From the NCBI GenBank assembly GCA_024137785.1, contig JAHRHZ010000051.1, positions 9,889,048 to 9,953,047 of the forward strand: a stretch of 64,000 nt of DNA. Reading direction: 5' to 3'. Below are positions 62,750 through 64,000 of this stretch, in pieces. A model generated the notes under the pieces. That model saw only the letters and a program-made list of their open reading frames with translations, searched no databases and was not told the origin of the DNA. Source of the DNA: Ginglymostoma cirratum (lineage: Eukaryota). Position numbers and translations under genes: made by a program. The stretch's first letter is position 1; the number at the start of each line of letters is the position of its first letter.

Positions 62750-63700
62750 GCTGTGGTCATGTTGTGAAAAGTGCAGCCCAGCACCAACATGCCCATTTGT
62801 TCAAATGTGCCTGTTAAGTTCATTGTGCAGCTGCAGATGTCTGATCATGTGTAGTCCTGTGTTGGAATTTAAGGGATGCTGCCTTGACCCATAGCTGCAG
62901 CTATGAAGAAAACTCAAGTCATTCTGTACACCCCCAATCTTTCCCAGAATCTTACAGATTCACATCTTCAGCATCCTAAAGCCCTGCTCAGTGATCACTC
63001 AGATTCAAACAGCCACTTTTATACTACTCCTTTGCATCACTTGTATTGAGTTCCTCACAGATGCCATGCGTCATGCCTTTAGATGATAGAGAGTAGCACC
63101 TTGTCTCCAAAATAACCTCGAATAACTCCAAATAACGTATTTGGACAGGTGTGTATCTGGCAGAGGTTGAATGACACTCCACGAAGGAGTCATGGCAGCT
63201 TCTAGATACCTTGTTCAGCTGGGCATGATACATTTTCAGTGGTTACGTGAAAGCTGAACATTAACAGAATGAAATTCCTCAGTTGGTGAATACAGTTGCT
63301 GTTCTGAAGACACCTTCATTGCTTTCTGGGAGCAAATCCACTTATCTTGGACATCCAGGCAAAGTAGCAAACGTCAGTGCTCTTAGTTTTTGATGGCTCA
63401 CTTCAGGTACAAAGAGGATATAAATGGCCCAATTCAGGGGCAAAGGCAGTATTGGGCATTGGACAGATGTACTTATTATGAAATCCTGCAGGTAGGCCTG
63501 GAAGGAGCAGGGGGACAAAGAAGCATTGGCCTTGTCCACAGTGGATGTTCCACTTGACAGGTGGGTTGTTCCCAGAGGTTTACAAATATCAGCAATGATC
63601 TCACATGAAAGTCTGATCTTCCTGAGGTGCTGATGCTTGTAATGTTCAGAAAGTTAACTTTCTGCCTTTACAAGCTATGTTGCAGTAGTGCCACTTGTGA
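62750..63700 (-). mobile_element. PIF/Harbinger transposase fossil
   Basis: In order on the minus strand, across frameshifts: RQKVNFLNI..QHLRKIRLSCEIIADIC, ATLPGCP, EFHSVNVQL, SRSCHDSFV (PGS.HD), LVLGCTFHNM (C..LHN). Confidence 0.7.
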
Positions 63701-64000
63701 ATTGGAGGTCTCTGTCGCTAATGTTGGCTGAAGGGAAGACTGTTGCTGATGCTGTTTCTGGCACTGGTCCCCTTCACAGTCATCAGAGGACCAACATAGA
63801 GCTTGATAAGAAGCTAAGATCCATCACCTCACCTGCATGCACCTATCAATGCTGACAGCCTAACATCAATCTTCTTGCCTCCTGCACCTATTCAGCTATG
63901 ACAGGCACTTCACCCCAACACACTACTACACAAACACTGATGCTCTGCCTCTTTCTTGCAGGACAGTGTGACACACATTAGAAGGCAAAGGAACAGAACT

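Overview
Vertebrate genomic DNA, not prokaryotic. The repeat families (HE1/V-SINE-like and Deu-domain SINEs, abundant CR1, Penelope-like elements) point to a cartilaginous fish, probably a shark; this is inferred. The only host gene I can support is KLF10 (TIEG1) on the minus strand. It has three clear coding exons (41206-40968, 40066-39148, 38631-38363), a probable first exon ending at 49235 in a CpG-rich promoter, and a 3'UTR of about 1.5 kb. The spliced model gives 475 aa, with the start codon split across intron 1 (A|TG). The rest is mostly transposable-element debris: nested CR1 LINEs, a Rex1/Babar LINE, Penelope-like elements, a Harbinger transposase fossil, a possible LTR/ERV remnant and SINEs. 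The most notable non-genic signal is a set of at least ten Penelope-associated termini or short insertions carrying minimal type-I hammerhead ribozyme motifs. Several have target-site duplications and some fold back into hairpins. There are also several locally templated duplications and inversions. Repeat boundaries were read by eye and are approximate; exon boundaries were checked base by base.
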